From contig OX597823.1 of NCBI GenBank assembly GCA_951406725.2, positions 83,762,001-83,826,000 on the forward strand: a DNA stretch of 64,000 nucleotides, in the 5' to 3' direction. A program made the translations under genes and the position numbers. The notes beneath the pieces are model-generated. The model was not told the origin of the DNA, ran no database searches, and worked only from the letters and a program-made list of their open reading frames with translations. This stretch comes from Octopus vulgaris. Lineage: Eukaryota. Below, piece by piece: positions 28,608-42,180 of the stretch (its first letter is position 1; each line of letters opens with the position of its first letter).

Positions 28608-28820
28608 GGCGGTGAGCTGACAGAATCGTTAGCATGCTGGGCAAAATGCTTAGCTGCATTTCGTCCGGCTTTACGTTCCGAGTTCAAATTCCGCCGAGGT
28701 CGACTTTGCTTTCATCTTTTCGGGGTCGATTAATTTAAGTACCAGTTGAACGCTTGGGTGGATATAAACGCCTCATCCCCTCCCCCAAAATGGCTGCCCT
28801 TGTGGAAAAATCTGAAACCA
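28608..28820 (+). mobile_element. SINE family A with alternative tail (cccctcccccaaaa)
   Basis: ggcggtgagctgacagaatcgttagc...ccgccgaggtcgactttgc. Confidence 0.8.
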
Positions 28821-28959
28821 TTATTTCTCACATTCATATCCCAGAAAATTTTAATCTTGCTGAGGTTCAAATCTCACTGACGCTGTTTTTCCACCAGCAC
28901 CTCAGAGTCAATAAAACAATATACCCATGAATTTCCCAGGCAGATGACATCAACTAAGC

Positions 28960-29192
28960 CTGTGGTTCTCAACCATTTGTTTCTACGAAACCCTCTGTTC
29001 CCTATTTTAACAGAGTGGACCCTCATAACCATTCCATGTTTAAAAGTATATATATTTCTATAATTAAATATTAGGAATTGCAAAAAAATTTTAAATATTT
29101 TGTGCATAACGATATATGGCACATAGACTTTAGCTACAAATCTTATGTGCATTACCAAGGGCCATATAGACCCCGGCGGTTGAGCACCACTG
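28960..29192. mobile_element. hAT (Charlie-like) MITE
   Basis: TIRs ctgtggttctcaacc / ggttgagcaccactg; 8-bp TSD aactaagc / atctaagc. Confidence 0.8.
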
Positions 29193-29199
29193 ATCTAAG

Positions 29200-29245
<46 letters not shown>

Positions 29246-29264
29246 ATTAACTAAATTGAATTAG

Positions 29265-29600
29265 TCCGTTACTCTTATTCTATGTAGGACATGAAAAAGA
29301 TCTCCATCGTTTGCAGTCTTCTGAAAGGTATTTGTCATCTTCCCAGCTCAATTCCTCTATATTTAGAAAGGTTCTGAAGAATCTAGTCCTTCACAACTCT
29401 TCCATAGTATTAATGGGCACCAAGTTTCCTTTTCCCACTTCGTTCTGGGTTCCAGTCGTGGGAGAGATTTGGGTATCTTGTTCATGGCATTCTAAAGACT
29501 GTCCAAGAAACTTCAGACGACGATCTTTCACTGTGATGCTTAGAGGTTCCTGCTTGGTTCCCTTATAGACTTCATTTGTTATTTTGTCTTGCAATAAGTT
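29265..29600 (-). mobile_element. RTE-type LINE 3' remnant
   Basis: QDKITNEV...PLSITVKDRRLKFLG and ELSWEDDKYLSEDCKRWR. Confidence 0.65.
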
Positions 29601-29824
29601 TCAGTGGCACCAGTGTTTGAATACTGTTCTAGCTTGTGAACAAATCCTGCTGTCATCTTCACTGACATAAATGGCAATTGGGAGGACCGAAGAGTTGTGC
29701 GACACCATCTTGCTTCTTAGCAAACTATCTTGCTTCTATCTGATTAAATTGCCAGATGTTTCTGAGACTCCTACAGACAGAGCCTGCTTTCCAAACTGAA
29801 TTAAAAACAGTTATTTCATATCAA

Positions 29825-30275
29825 CGCGGCGAGCTGGCAGAATCGTTAGCACGCCGGGCGAAATGCGTAGCCGTATTTCGTCTGCTGTTACGTTCTGAGT
29901 TCAAATTCCGCCGAGGTCGACTTTGCCTTTCATCATTTCGGGATCGATAAATTAAGTACCAGTTACGCACTGGGGTCGATTTAATCGACTTAATCCGTTT
30001 GTCCGTCCTTGTTTGTCCTCTCTGCGTTTAGCTCATTGTGGGTAGTAAAGAAATAGGTATTTCGTCTGTCTTCATATTCTTGGTTCAAATTCCGCCGAGG
30101 TTCATTTCTTCTTTCATCCGTTCAGGGTCGATAAATTAAATGCCAGTTACACACTGGGGTCGATGTAAATTAAGTACCAGTTATGTACTGGAGTCGTTGT
30201 AATCGACTTAATCCGTTTGTCTGTCCTTGTTCGTCCCCTCTATGTTTAGCCCCTTGTGGGCAATGAAGAAATAAG
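29825..30275 (+). mobile_element. SINE family A, dimeric
   Basis: 20-bp TSD aaacagttatttcatatcaa at 29805-29824 and 30276-30295. Confidence 0.9.
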
Positions 30276-30807
30276 AAACAGTTATTTCATATCAATTTTA
30301 TCATCTACGCTCTCGATTATTCGTTATCAATTTTTCTGAAACCCTGCTGTAAAAGAGCATCTTTTTCATAAGAAGTCACTTATATAACTTATATATCGTG
30401 ATGTAAAAATATAGACTTGTCAGAAAATAACACAAGAAATGTAACCCTGACTTGCAATTTTTACTTGATTAAATTTTCTCACGAACTTATTTCCCCAGAG
30501 TAACATCAGTTATTTTATTATCTTATTTTCGTCTATTGATAGTAAATTCGAATTCAATAAATCTTGAATGAAAATAGCTTACCGGCTCACCAGGTTTTGA
30601 TATATACACACACACACACACACACAGACAAACACACACGCACACACACATAATATTTGTACATATACTCACACATTCATATATATAGACTGAGATATAC
30701 ATACACACATACATATACATGCATTTATATACATGTATATATATACATGCACAAACATACAAAGGCATACAAACATATATACACACATACATAAATACAT
30801 ATATTCG

Positions 30808-30848
<41 letters not shown>

Positions 30849-31470
30849 CTAAATATATACATATATATATACACATAAACATACACATACATACACACAT
30901 ACATTCATATATACAAACATACACATAAACTTACACACAAATGTGCATACATACATATATACATACGTACCTGTCAATATCAGTATTTGACTTAATGTAT
31001 TTATTGAGATACACAGACAGACATACACTCATACACACACACGCGCATACACACACACATATATATATGTACATGTATAATTATGTGTTCATGTGGAAGT
31101 TTATGTATGTGTATGTGTCTGTGTGCGCGCATTTGTATGTGTGTGTGTGTTTGTGTCTCTGTGTATACAGAGACATTTCATAAATATAATCACAATACTG
31201 CTGTCATGTGAGGCATTAAAGATGAAAATAAAATTAATTCTTAATTAAAGTATAACATAATGAAATTTAATGACGATGGCCGAAACGTAGAGAAACTAGT
31301 AAATAAATAAAGTCATGTCACACACGTTTATAGTGTGTTCGTGGGTGTGTATGTCAGTGTGCAATTGAATGTATGTATGTGTGGGGGAATGGGTTTGTGC
31401 GTGCGTCTGTATATTTTCATGTGTGTGGATGCTCTGCACGCAGGTGTTCAACCTTATCCAATTTCTGTAA

Positions 31471-31513
<43 letters not shown>

Positions 31514-31592
31514 CATATGAAAAATGAGAATAAGAAAATGGAAATAATGAAGTTAACAAGAGTATATTATCAGCAAAAGATCGATCATCATT

Positions 31593-31671
31593 CCTTACAG
31601 CTGTTTCAATTGAGCTCAGTGAATTTAAATAAATATAAAAATCATATTACTGAGCATAATCTCTTCAGAAG
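31593..31671 (-). ncRNA. Type I hammerhead ribozyme, intact core
   Basis: ctt CTGAAGA gatt-at-gctcagt...actgagc-tc-aatt GAAA C-AGCT-GTA agg. Palindromic stem III ACAGCTGT, GUA site, 3-bp stem I. Confidence 0.7.
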
Positions 31672-31773
31672 GAGAGAAAATGCAGCCATAGATATTTTGT
31701 GTGTTAGTTTGTAGAATCATCACGGCAGACTGAATAATAATGTTTAGACGAGGGGGTTTGTTGTGGGTAAGAT

Positions 31774-32050
31774 ATCACCGTGATCACCGTGCCCGACCAG
31801 ACTATCAGATGTTGCTACACAATGCTTCGCATTGTTTTAGTCTTCAAATGACGCCATCCCGCTGGCTAAGCGAGCAGGCCAACAGAAGAGAGAGTGAGAG
31901 AAAGTTGTGGCGAAAGAGTACAGCAGGGATCACTACCACCCCCTGCCGGAGCCTCGTGGAGATTTAGGTGTTTTCGCTCAATAAACACTCATAACGCCCG
32001 ATCTGGGAATCGAAATCGCGATCCTAACCACTGTGCCATTTCGCCTCCAC
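31774..32050 (-). mobile_element. tRNA-derived SINE, head B + tail X
   Basis: Paralog of 5014-5323. Confidence 0.85.
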
Positions 32051-32411
32051 GGGGTAAAATGTAGCATGTAAGTATAATTAGAGTAATAAAGAGTAACTAC
32101 ACATATATTAAAGAGTAAATTACAATGTAAATAAAGTACAATATGAGCGGGTGAGAAAATAAATTGAATGTATAGTTGAGAGAATTTATCTATATATAAA
32201 TACACGCATACATGTTAACGCACGATCGTACATTGATCTGTTAATTTAGATGGCTCTCCATCGGTTACGACGACGAGGGTTCCAGTTGATCCGATCAACG
32301 GAACAGTCTGCTCCTGAAATTAACTTGCAATTAACGAGAAATTAACTTGTTCCCTCCGCCAAAAATTGTTGTCCTGCCAAAATTTGAAATCAATATTTCT
32401 TTACAGATAAA

Positions 32412-32625
32412 GGGTGACGGGATGGCAGAATCGTTAGCATGCCGGTTTAAATGCTTAGCGGCATTTCGCCTGTCTTTACGTTCTGAGTTCAAATTCCACT
32501 GAGATCGACTTTTCCATTGATCCCTTTGATGTCGAAAAAATAAGTGCCATTTGAGTCCTGGAGTCAATCTAATCGACTTAGCCCTCTCCCCCAAATTTAC
32601 TGTCTTGTGGCAAAATTTCAAACCA
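32412..32625 (+). mobile_element. Old SINE family A copy
   Basis: tggcagaatcgttagcatgccgg...ttacgttctgagttcaaattcc. Confidence 0.7.
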
Positions 32626-32859
32626 GTATTTCTTACAAATAACATTGATTCTTTTTAGATGTAGTAACAATAATTTTGGTGATCGTCTGTTTACTTCAGG
32701 GTGTGAGTTGGTGACTGGAGAGTTGTTACACAATTGTTCCTGTAGGTTTTTAGGATGCGTTTAACCATTTAAGAGTTCGAATTTAAGACGGAGATTGGAC
32801 GGTGCATGCATTTTTAGTTGTTATGCTTTGTCAAGCGTAGGCCGACAGAGACAAGGACA

Positions 32860-33412
32860 AAGGGAGAAATATCATGAAGCAGAGAGAGAGGGGGGAGAAA
32901 GAAAGAGAGAAAGGGAGGGAGGGAGAGAGGGAAAGTGAGGGAAAGAGCGAGAGAAAGAATGTGTGTGATCGTGTGTGTGTGTGTTTGAGATGGAGAGAAA
33001 TAAGTTTTGAGAGTGAGGAAAAAAGATGGAAAGTGAAAGAAAGAGAAATATAAGCAGTCAGGTGACAGGTGAAGAGTAATATATTAGAGAGTGATGGAGA
33101 GAGATAGATAGGGAGAGAGAGGGGAGGAGGAGAGAGGGGGAGAAAGATAAAGGGAGAAAGGGGGAGGAGGAGAGAGATAGAGTGAGGGGAGAATGAGAGG
33201 AATAGAGAGCAAGTGTGAGAGGGGGAGGAAGAAGAGAGAGAGGGAGAGTGAGGGGGAGAATGAGAGAGTGGGAGAGAGAGCAAGTGTGAGAGAGAGCAAG
33301 TGTGAGAGAGATATGCAGATAAATACATAAAGACAGAAAAAAAGAAAGGGAGAGAAAGGTGCAGAGAACAAAGAGAGGGGTAAAGAACTATAAACAGACA
33401 GTAATTCAGTGT

Positions 33413-33446
<34 letters not shown>

Positions 33447-33640
33447 AAGAGCAGATAAATGCATTGAGAAACAGAAAGAGAAACAGAAGAAAGAGAGATA
33501 CAGAAGAGAGAGTGAAGCAGAGAAAGGTGAACAATGAGGCGAATATATATATATATATATGAGAGAGTGTGTGAGAAAGACGGAGATAGAGAGAGAGAGA
33601 GAGAGTGAGAGAGAGAGAGAAAGAGGGAGAGCGAGGAGAT
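32860..33640. repeat. GA-rich polypurine low-complexity tract
   Basis: Direct inspection. Confidence 0.9.
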
Positions 33641-34203
33641 CAGGATTTTGGGATGTTCCTATTACGCTATCAAAGAGACGGTTGAATGAATAAGATCTGA
33701 AAATACGATGTCATGGTTTATGGGTTCGTTTCCATTCGAAGTGTTTTATTGCATCCTTGTTCAGAGCAGATAATTCTACAAGATTGCATTCATCTAACTG
33801 CCGTGAACAAGCTCCAGACATACTGAAGCTCTATGTTTGTTGTTATTGTTGTTGTACATCTAAGATTAGGCTTGATTTAACAGATCAGTTATAGCGGTTC
33901 CAGTCATGACATTTCCATCAATTATTTAGCCAAAGTGTACCCAGTGCCCTTCCTTATCTATATTTTGCCTTTCACAGACGACAGCGTGTGACTGTTATTT
34001 CTACATGGTGATTAGGTATGAAGGAAAGGCTGCCATGTCTCTCTGAATCAGTGTTTCTGAAACGAGAGTTCATATGACCTTTAAGGGTCCATATAAGATT
34101 TTTTCTTTTGTTATCAGCAATAAATTTCGTATGTTTCTACAACACACAAAATATTTTAACAATTCTTTAATAGAATCCTGAACAATATTTAAGAATACAA
34201 ATA

Positions 34204-34346
34204 CTGTAATGCTCTAAAATACGAGTTAATTCGATCCCGAAAAACGCTTGTAAAGCGAAAACTCATAAACAGAAAATATACTCGTAAAAGCTCGTAAACC
34301 CGGGATCTCGTAAAGTGGGTTCGCGTACGGTGAAGTATTAACTGTG
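34204..34346. mobile_element. Degenerate pogo/Tigger-like MITE
   Basis: Ends ctgtaatgctc / gaagtattaactg; internal ctcgta repeats. Confidence 0.4.
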
Positions 34347-34487
34347 TATGATTTTTAAAACATTGAATTACTATGAGGGCCCACTTGAGTAAATAGGAAT
34401 CAAAGGGGCAAAACATGGTTGAGTTTCCCTGATCTAAACGATATCCAGCCATCTTAATAAAATCGGTACAGTTGTTTTAAGGTTTTA

Positions 34488-34708
34488 AGATGCATTTTGC
34501 GGGTGCTCTGGGATGCATCGTAGGTGATGTTTCTGTGGGGTTACGAGTCTTTCAACATCAGAACTCTCCACTCAAGTCCAGTTGACCCAACTGGGGTTCG
34601 TCATGTCCCAGCATGCATCTTGATAGCAGCAAACAACTGCTCTGCCTTCTCTATATCCAAACCCACCAAGTGGCCTTCTCTGCAGCTTCAGCGATGGAAA
34701 CCATAGCT
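34488..34708 (-). mobile_element. HERO-like RLE retrotransposon 3' end
   Basis: SIAEAAEKATWWVWI*R followed by 3' UTR tgatgttgaaagactcg (motif recalled, not searched). Confidence 0.55.
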
Positions 34709-35385
34709 CGCCCCATAGAATGGTCACAGCCGGAACATCTTTGACCATAGATCTGCTCAGTGAGAGTTGATCCGGGGCTAAACAACATCTTCAACTCAGT
34801 ACAATAAAGGGGTGGGGTATTCTGTGTTATCGCTCCGCCCAAAAGAAATAAAATCTAAAGCTCACTCAGACCAAACACTACTCTCTTAAAAGAGGAAAGC
34901 CGCATTAACTTATGTAGTCCCAGATGGATTACGTAATTAAAAAAAGAGATGGTCACAACTGGAGCGTTTTTATTCATAGCGCTATTCCATAAAAGCTAGT
35001 TTGTAGTTAAACAACCAAAACATAATAAACCAGAATGTTCACTCACAACAATGGAACCAACAAGGGAACTGATACGCTACCAATTAAACTGACAGAATGG
35101 TAGCGAAATCTCTTACCGGTCGCATCGTTTTGTCTTCAAAACGCAATGAGACAAATATTATAATCATTGATACAAAAGGTACAAAAGATGTGGACGGTCA
35201 CGACTGGGGTTCATTTGATCATAGGTATCCTCAGGGCTGGCCCTTGGTTATTCAGCGTTAGTCTTACAAAATTCACTTGTTTTTTCTCTTGAATATAGCA
35301 AAGAGAAGCATCTCATAAGATAAGTTCAACTTGTGATGATATAATTTTGATTTACTGCTAAAACATTGAAACAATTATTGGAATT

Positions 35386-35725
35386 CAGTTCTATATTTAA
35401 GAGATAAGGAATTATGTAGATTATTTACATTTTTTACATTTGAGGGATATATGTTTCGGCTGATATACCTTCCAGCCTTCATCAAATGGCGCAGTGGTTA
35501 AGGGCGCGGGCAATTAAGCCCAAGGTTCCGAGTTCGATTCCAGGCAGTGACCTGAATAATAATAATAATGATAATAACAATAACAACGGCAACGTCGAAA
35601 AATACCTTAGGAATGAAAACCCAGGTTCGAAATTTCCCCAAGGCACCTGATGAAGGCTGGAGGAGGGTATAACAACAAACAAGATTGAGGTCAAATATCT
35701 GTCACATGTAAATAATGTAGATAAT
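35386..35725 (+). mobile_element. tRNA-headed, hammerhead-bearing element with an inverted copy of its 3' part upstream
   Basis: A box tggcgcagtgg, B box gttcgattcc, (AAT)n, then CTGATGAaggctg at 35647. The inverted arm 35386-35484 supplies tgatgaaggctg...cagccGAAAC. Confidence 0.7.
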
Positions 35726-36413
35726 GTTAATTATGGGAATTCTTCGTTGACATTTAGGTGCAAGTGTAACTCTGTAGTTTAGAAGAAGCATGACAAGGAA
35801 TATGTCAAGCAATGAACTTTAATCTGAAACTTATTTACGCTTTCATCTGTAACTTCCCGATACGCTAGGAGCGACCCTTTGAAAATCACTTTGCTAGGTC
35901 GTTTAATATATTAGGTCATCTCATGAATAATGCGTTTTGGTTAAAGTTGACATTATTACTCGGAAACGAAACGAAATAGAAACAAAAAATTGTGCAACGG
36001 GTGTTAAAAAAGGTGTAGAAAACGAACCTGAAAACAAAAATGTGCGGAGCGCAATGGAGTGAGAGGGGAGGGGCCTTCGGAAAATTCACAAGATTCGATG
36101 TTTTTCCCTCATAACTTTTAGGAAAATGGGCTTTTTTAAATAGAATTTTATATAAATACCTTTCAAACCATTTAGATTACAATTACCTTTTAAACGGTAT
36201 ATATTACAGATACCTAATGTGCCGCAAACCACTTATTTTTCTTCGGAAAAAGATGTGTGTGTGTGGGGGGGGGAGGAAACCGGAATTATTGGAAAATGTT
36301 TCTCTGTTTTTCGATGAATGAATTACGGTCTTTTAGTTCACGCAATTGAAAAATCCGCATTATTTATGGGATGACTCAATACAATTCATGTAATTTCCTC
36401 GTATCTTCTTTCT

Positions 36414-36645
36414 ATTTCTGTGTTACCCACAAGGGGCTAAACACAGAGAGGACAAACAAGGACAGACAAACGGATTCAGTCGATTACATCGACCCCAGTG
36501 CATAACTGGTACTTAATTTATCGACCCCGAAAGGATGAAAGGTAAAGTCGACCTCGGCGGCATTTGAACTCAGAACGTAACGACAGACGAAGTATCGCTA
36601 CGCATTTCGTCCGGCGCGCTAACGTTTCTGGCAGCTCGCCGCCTT
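36414..36645 (-). mobile_element. SINE family A monomer
   Basis: 21-bp TSD atttcctcgtatcttctttct at 36393-36413 and 36646-36666. Confidence 0.92.
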
Positions 36646-36677
36646 ATTTCCTCGTATCTTCTTTCTCTTTTGTGATA

Positions 36678-36905
36678 GGGTGTTGCGCTCACAATCGCGA
36701 GGTCGTGGTTTCGATACCTGGACCCGTTGGTGAGCTGTGTTCTTAAGCAAAACCCTTCATCTCACGTCACTATGCGATCAGTTTTACACCTGACGCATGA
36801 TACGCCATGCACCTGTTCAGGTAACGTCGATTTGATGGAGGGAGTGATTTAGTGTACAGTGCATACATTTGACCAATCTAAACAAATCCTTTGAGTAGGT
36901 CGTTC
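36678..36905 (+). mobile_element. tRNA-derived SINE, head C + tail W
   Basis: Partial paralog at 39421-39547 (gcgatca...acacctgacgc). Confidence 0.6.
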
Positions 36906-36976
36906 AACAAGTACGAGAGACTACCATCATATTTTTCTTCTTCAACTAAATAACTTGTAGTTAAGAAAGAAAGTGA

Positions 36977-37585
36977 AAGTGCGTGGCCTAGTTGTTAGCG
37001 TATTGCACCTCCAAATCGCAAGGTCGGGTTTTCGAATCCCGAACCGGGAAGTCCGTTATGTTCTTGAGCAAAACACTTCATTTCTGTTGCTCCAGTTCAC
37101 TCAACTGTAAATGACCAACACTGCGACGGACTGGCGCCTCGTCCAAGGGGGAAATGCTGTAATCTCAGTCATATATACGTCACGTTGAAGGCGCGTGGCT
37201 TAGTGGTTAGCGTATTCGGCTCACGATCGTTAAGTCGCGAGTTCGATTCCCGTCAACGTGTTGTGTCCTTGAGCAAGATATTTTATTTCACGTCGCTCCA
37301 GTTCACTCAGCGGGCAAAAATGAGTAGTATCTATATTTCAAAGGGCTATCCTTGTCACGCCGAATCTCCCAGAGAACCACGTTAAAGGTACGCGTGTCTG
37401 TGGAGTACTCAGCCAATTGACGTTAATTTCATGAGCAGGCTGTTCCGTTGATCGGATCAACTGGATCCTATATCATCGTAGGCGACGAAGTGCCAGCATA
37501 TACGTCAAGGACTTGGGGAAACCTATCTTATGTGTTCTCATAACATACGTTACCCATACTCGAGGCAGTAATGTTCAGAGGCTAC
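36977..37585 (+). mobile_element. SINE (head C + V-like tail) interrupted by a nested SINE
   Basis: Colinear with 24226-24500 once 37183-37497 is removed. Confidence 0.65.
37183..37497 (+). mobile_element. Nested SINE, head C + tail Y
   Basis: TSD atatacgtca at 37173-37182 and 37498-37507; tail matches 49863-50040. Confidence 0.8.
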
Positions 37586-38190
37586 CTAACTAAGCAAATT
37601 ATTTGTAACGTTTCTGCAACGAACAGCTAGGCTATGAAAACACCGTTGTTACACCTAGGACATCGATTGGTGATTTTGAACCGGGCGACAAGTTAAGTCA
37701 CCTACTCATGGCGGGGTCTGAAGTCAAAACGCTAAGAAACAGAACAAATATCGCAAGATACCCAGTCCAACGTTCGTATAGTTCTGTCAGCCTACAGCTT
37801 AGGATTAATTTCTTTTTATTGACCCTGAGAGGTAGAGAAGCGAAACTGACCTCTGCAAGATTTGAACTCTTGAGTGCAGAGTTGGAACAAATACTGTGAA
37901 ACGACTCTGCCAATTCATCGCCTTTAACTTTAAAGAGCTCTCAAAATAATTTATAAGCATAGCTGCTGTAGTGGTTGCTATTTAATTGCAGGTCAACCGT
38001 GATCAAGTCGACTTATGATCAAGTGTATTCCAAGCGTTGTGACCCCGTCTTTTATCCTATATCGACATGCTACATTATCCAGCACAAACCTCTTAATTAA
38101 TTTATTAACTTATTTTTGCTTCCAGGAGGTTGAGATTGACTTAAGAGTGTTGTGTTAGTTCTTTGTAGCAGATCAAGAGACCACGTAGAG

Positions 38191-38340
38191 CAGGTTTGGG
38201 CAACCTCTTTGGAGAAGCGGGCCGCATGAGATATGATTCAGCATCAGGCGAGCTGCACTACTAACAATAGAAATTGAAGGTAATTTTTCCTTAGGCGTGT
38301 ACTTTAGAAAGTTCCACGGGCCGCAGTTTGCTCACGATTG
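38191..38340. mobile_element. hAT MITE
   Basis: caggtttgggcaacct...gcgggccgc / cgggccgcagtttgctcacgattg; TSD acgtagag / aagcagag. Confidence 0.6.
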
Positions 38341-39212
38341 AAGCAGAGGTTCCCTTGGTGGCGCGAGAAAAAGCAAAGCATCGCCTATTGTCGTAGTTGG
38401 TATTTGAACTCGGAATTTAGAGAGGCCAAATTTAATACCGGAAAACATTTAAGCCACCGTTTTTCGATTCTTATCTCTCCTCAGACATTGATTTCTTACG
38501 TAGCCACGAATCAGTAGGCGGGAAAATAGACCTAATTTGAATCGATCTCTGCATATTGCTGGTACTATTTTATCGATCCTGGACGAATTAATAAAAAAAG
38601 ATCAATGTCAATTCCGGATGTTCAGAATGTATAAAGACAGAATTAAATACGATCACGTATTGGTTTCTCCTCTGTCTGTCTGTCTGTCTCTCTTCTCTGT
38701 TTCTCTCAATAAACCGTCTTATTACAAACACAGATAGTGTTTCAATAATTATTTATAGCCGATACAGTAGCTGTTAAGTCGACAAGCTCTTTAGTTCACA
38801 TGCAATATTGGTAATTACAGAAAACAGGCAACATTCATCATTTAAATCTCGTTATAGGAAATGTCTGTCTCTTTTATGTTGGTAAGGACACCACCGTGAG
38901 GATTTTCTGGTTTTTTATTTATTTGCATCATTAAACAGACATAATCTTTCTTTCCCACCCTGTCTTTCTCTCTTTCTTACATTTTCTCTTCCTCTCTGGC
39001 TTATTATTTTAAGCGCCATTTTATTTTATGGTCATTTAAAGCGTCCTTAAGTAAATTAACAAAGTGCTGATTATCTAGCAAGCCAGAAAACGTAGTCAAC
39101 CGTAAATCATTGTCTACTCAGCTGTGAGATCCTGTTTAGTTCTCGTTTCTTTTTTGTTCCACTTTTTCATTCTTTCTTTCGTTTATTTTTTACCAGAAAT
39201 TCTCTCTTTCTG

Positions 39213-39214
<2 letters not shown>

Positions 39215-39255
<41 letters not shown>

Positions 39256-39420
39256 CGCATACACACATGCACTCACACGCTCGCATCTACATACATACAT
39301 ACATACATACATACATACATACATACATACATACATACATACATACATACATACATACATACATACATACATACATACATACATACATACATACATACAT
39401 ACATACATACATACATACAT
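39215..39420. repeat. (CT)n-(CA)n-(TACA)n microsatellite
   Basis: Direct inspection. Confidence 0.95.
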
Positions 39421-39773
39421 GCCACATGGCCTAGTCGTTACGGCCGCGAGATAATGGTTTCAATTCCTGAACCGATTGATACGTTGTGTTCTTCAGCAGG
39501 AACACTTCACCTAAGGTTGCTTCGCGATCACTTCGACACCTGACGCTTTGTGTTTTGTATTTGTTCTTGTTATAGACATCTACGGTTGGTGTTACAACAC
39601 TAGGTACATCTGGTCTCCGATACAGTGCTAGAACCTGTAGGCGCGACACAAATCTTGAACATGTTAGACAAAAGTCTTTATTCAACGTAAAACACAGATT
39701 TCCAAAGAACATAAATGAAAAAAGAAATTCTAACTTCGGAACGAGTATTTGCTTTTATTCTTAGTCAAGGTGA

Positions 39774-40221
39774 AGGCGGCGAGCTGGTAGAATCGTTAGC
39801 ACGCCGGGCAAACTTCTTAGCAGCATGTCGTCCGTTTTTAAAAAAGAAATAAGGCGGCGAGCTGGCAGAAACGTTAGCACGCCGGGCGAGATGCTTTGAG
39901 GTATTTCGTCCGCCGCTGCATTCTGAGTTCAACTTCCGCCGCGGTCGACTTTACCTTTCATCCTTTCCGGGTCGATAAATTAAGTACCAGTGACACACTG
40001 GGGTCGATGTAATCGACTTAATACCTATGTCTGTACTTGTTTGTCCCCTCTACCTTGTGGGTAGTAAAGAAATAGGTATTTCGTCCGTCTTTACGTTCTG
40101 AGCTCAAATTCCGCCGAGGTCGACTTTTCCTTTCATCCTTTCAGAGTCGATTTAATAAGTACCATTCCGCCGAAATCGACTTGCCTTTCATCTTTTCGGG
40201 GTCGGTTAAATAAGTACCAGT
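39774..40221 (+). mobile_element. SINE family A nested/multimeric cluster
   Basis: Two heads and three central domains. Confidence 0.85.
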
Positions 40222-42180
40222 TTTTTGTGATACAAGCCGAAGATTCTGCTTGTATCGCAAAAAACGCGTCCCAGCGAATATCCACAATAGTCACCTAGTC
40301 AGAATGCACCGATTATCGCTTGTGTTTACGACTACGCAAAGAGAAGGCGAGTTTTTTTTTTTATTGATTTACGTACTTGTTAGTACTCATAAACATGGGC
40401 CAGTAAATAGAACAAAAAAATATGAAGGCGCCTGATCTTAACAAATGACGTCGGTGAATGTGATCTCAACTGGAAAAAAAGTAGAGACACTACATGATTG
40501 CAGAAGCCTCGCTATTTTGGGTCGCGGCTTTGGTGTCAATGACTCTCTATCATTAATCCTGTTTACAAAGTGCATGGAGCGGATTCGTTTATCACTGGTT
40601 GACAAATTGCTTTGAAAGAAGGATAGATGTAGTCGTTTCAGTGATAATGTTCATTCTCAGCTCAGAGTCCATTAATCGTGTTTGCTCATCTCGCATGTTA
40701 TTTTCTGTACACTGGTCGTGGTTACCAACCGATGTGTAGTAACCCGTTCTATTCTCCTACAAGTTGAATATAATTCTAAGTCACGAATGATCCCCACCAA
40801 ATACATAATGTAGAAAGACGAATTAACATTTTTTGCCTCTGTTGACTCCTGATTAAGAAACAATGTGAGATGATAAAGTAAGATGATTTCTATCGTTAAA
40901 TTGTTTTTTCGAAGTAAATATTTTAAACTCATTTCGAACAGGAAAGGCTTAAAACTTTATCTGCAGCAGGAAACAGAGAGATTTCTTATTGCTTTGAAAG
41001 CAACGTCAATATCTGAAAAGTGGTAGAATTTATTCAGATTCCGAAAAGGATAAACACAATTCGTAGAAAAAGATAATAAAGCTACAAAATATATAGCACC
41101 ACGATAAGAATATCTTTCGAATTAATTCAAATACAACTGGAAAGGATTAAATAGAAAAAATAACGAACGAATTTATCTGACAATTCAATATTTTGATTTT
41201 TATGTTGTTGGCATTGCTAAAGAAATTTTTGCATATTTTTTTTGAGAAAAACTTCAAAATCTTAATGTTTCGAAAATATTAATACTATGAATTCAAATGT
41301 ATTTCAATGGTTACATGTACTTTAAAGGCTTAACTCAATAAAAATGAAATCAGATTGGCTGATTTGAAATATGTTTTCATCGATAATCTAATATGATAAA
41401 TGCGAAAACTATTTTCTGTGTGTCACACTTTGAGCCCTCTCTCACTATGACCCTTCTGCTGTTGATGATGTTTTATTAAAATTAGTAGTGTTGATGATGG
41501 TGGTAGTGAGAATAATAATAAGAGAGAAAGAAAGAGTGGGTATGTGAGAGAAAGAGAGACTGAACACTAAATTCATTTCCTTAGAACCACCACCATCACC
41601 ATCACATTTCTCATACACACACCATTCAGACTTCTGACGCCATCACCATCAATACCTTTGACTTCGCCGCCTTCCTTTGCACCACCATCACCACTGTCTT
41701 TCACATCGCTTACTCTCACCGTCATCTCTGACCGCCTCGGCTACCACCAACATCATCACCGCCTCCTTCACCTCTATCACAACTACAGTTCATACTATTA
41801 CTATCACCTCATTACCATCACAAAACGCCTGAATGGTGTGTGTATGGCAGATGTAGAGGTGATAGTGGTGGTACTATTGTTTATCATGCAGCTTTACAAT
41901 AAGTTCCAAGTCGACAAATTATATCATTGTTTTGATGAAAACTGTTCCTTGCTTGAAAAATATTTTTCAAGTTTAATAAAATTTCATATGTACTCAATGC
42001 ATGAAGTGTCATTGTTGGGCCCAAGGCCTAATAAAGAGCCCTCCACAGGGCGGCTTTTAAGATAGTATTATAATAATTCTTTCATTCGAGTGTAGGCATA
42101 AATGTGTGGTTAAAGATTTTCGCTTAACAAATATGTGGTTTGTTAATTCAGTTCCACTTTATGGTATATTCAATTTTTTT

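Noticed and set aside
31270-31292. atgacgatggccgaaacgta hammerhead-like string
   Set aside because: C3 is missing and stem II cannot form.
40580-40965. Minus-strand 86-aa ORF and alternative short exon in unique sequence
   Set aside because: No recognisable domain or consistent exon structure.
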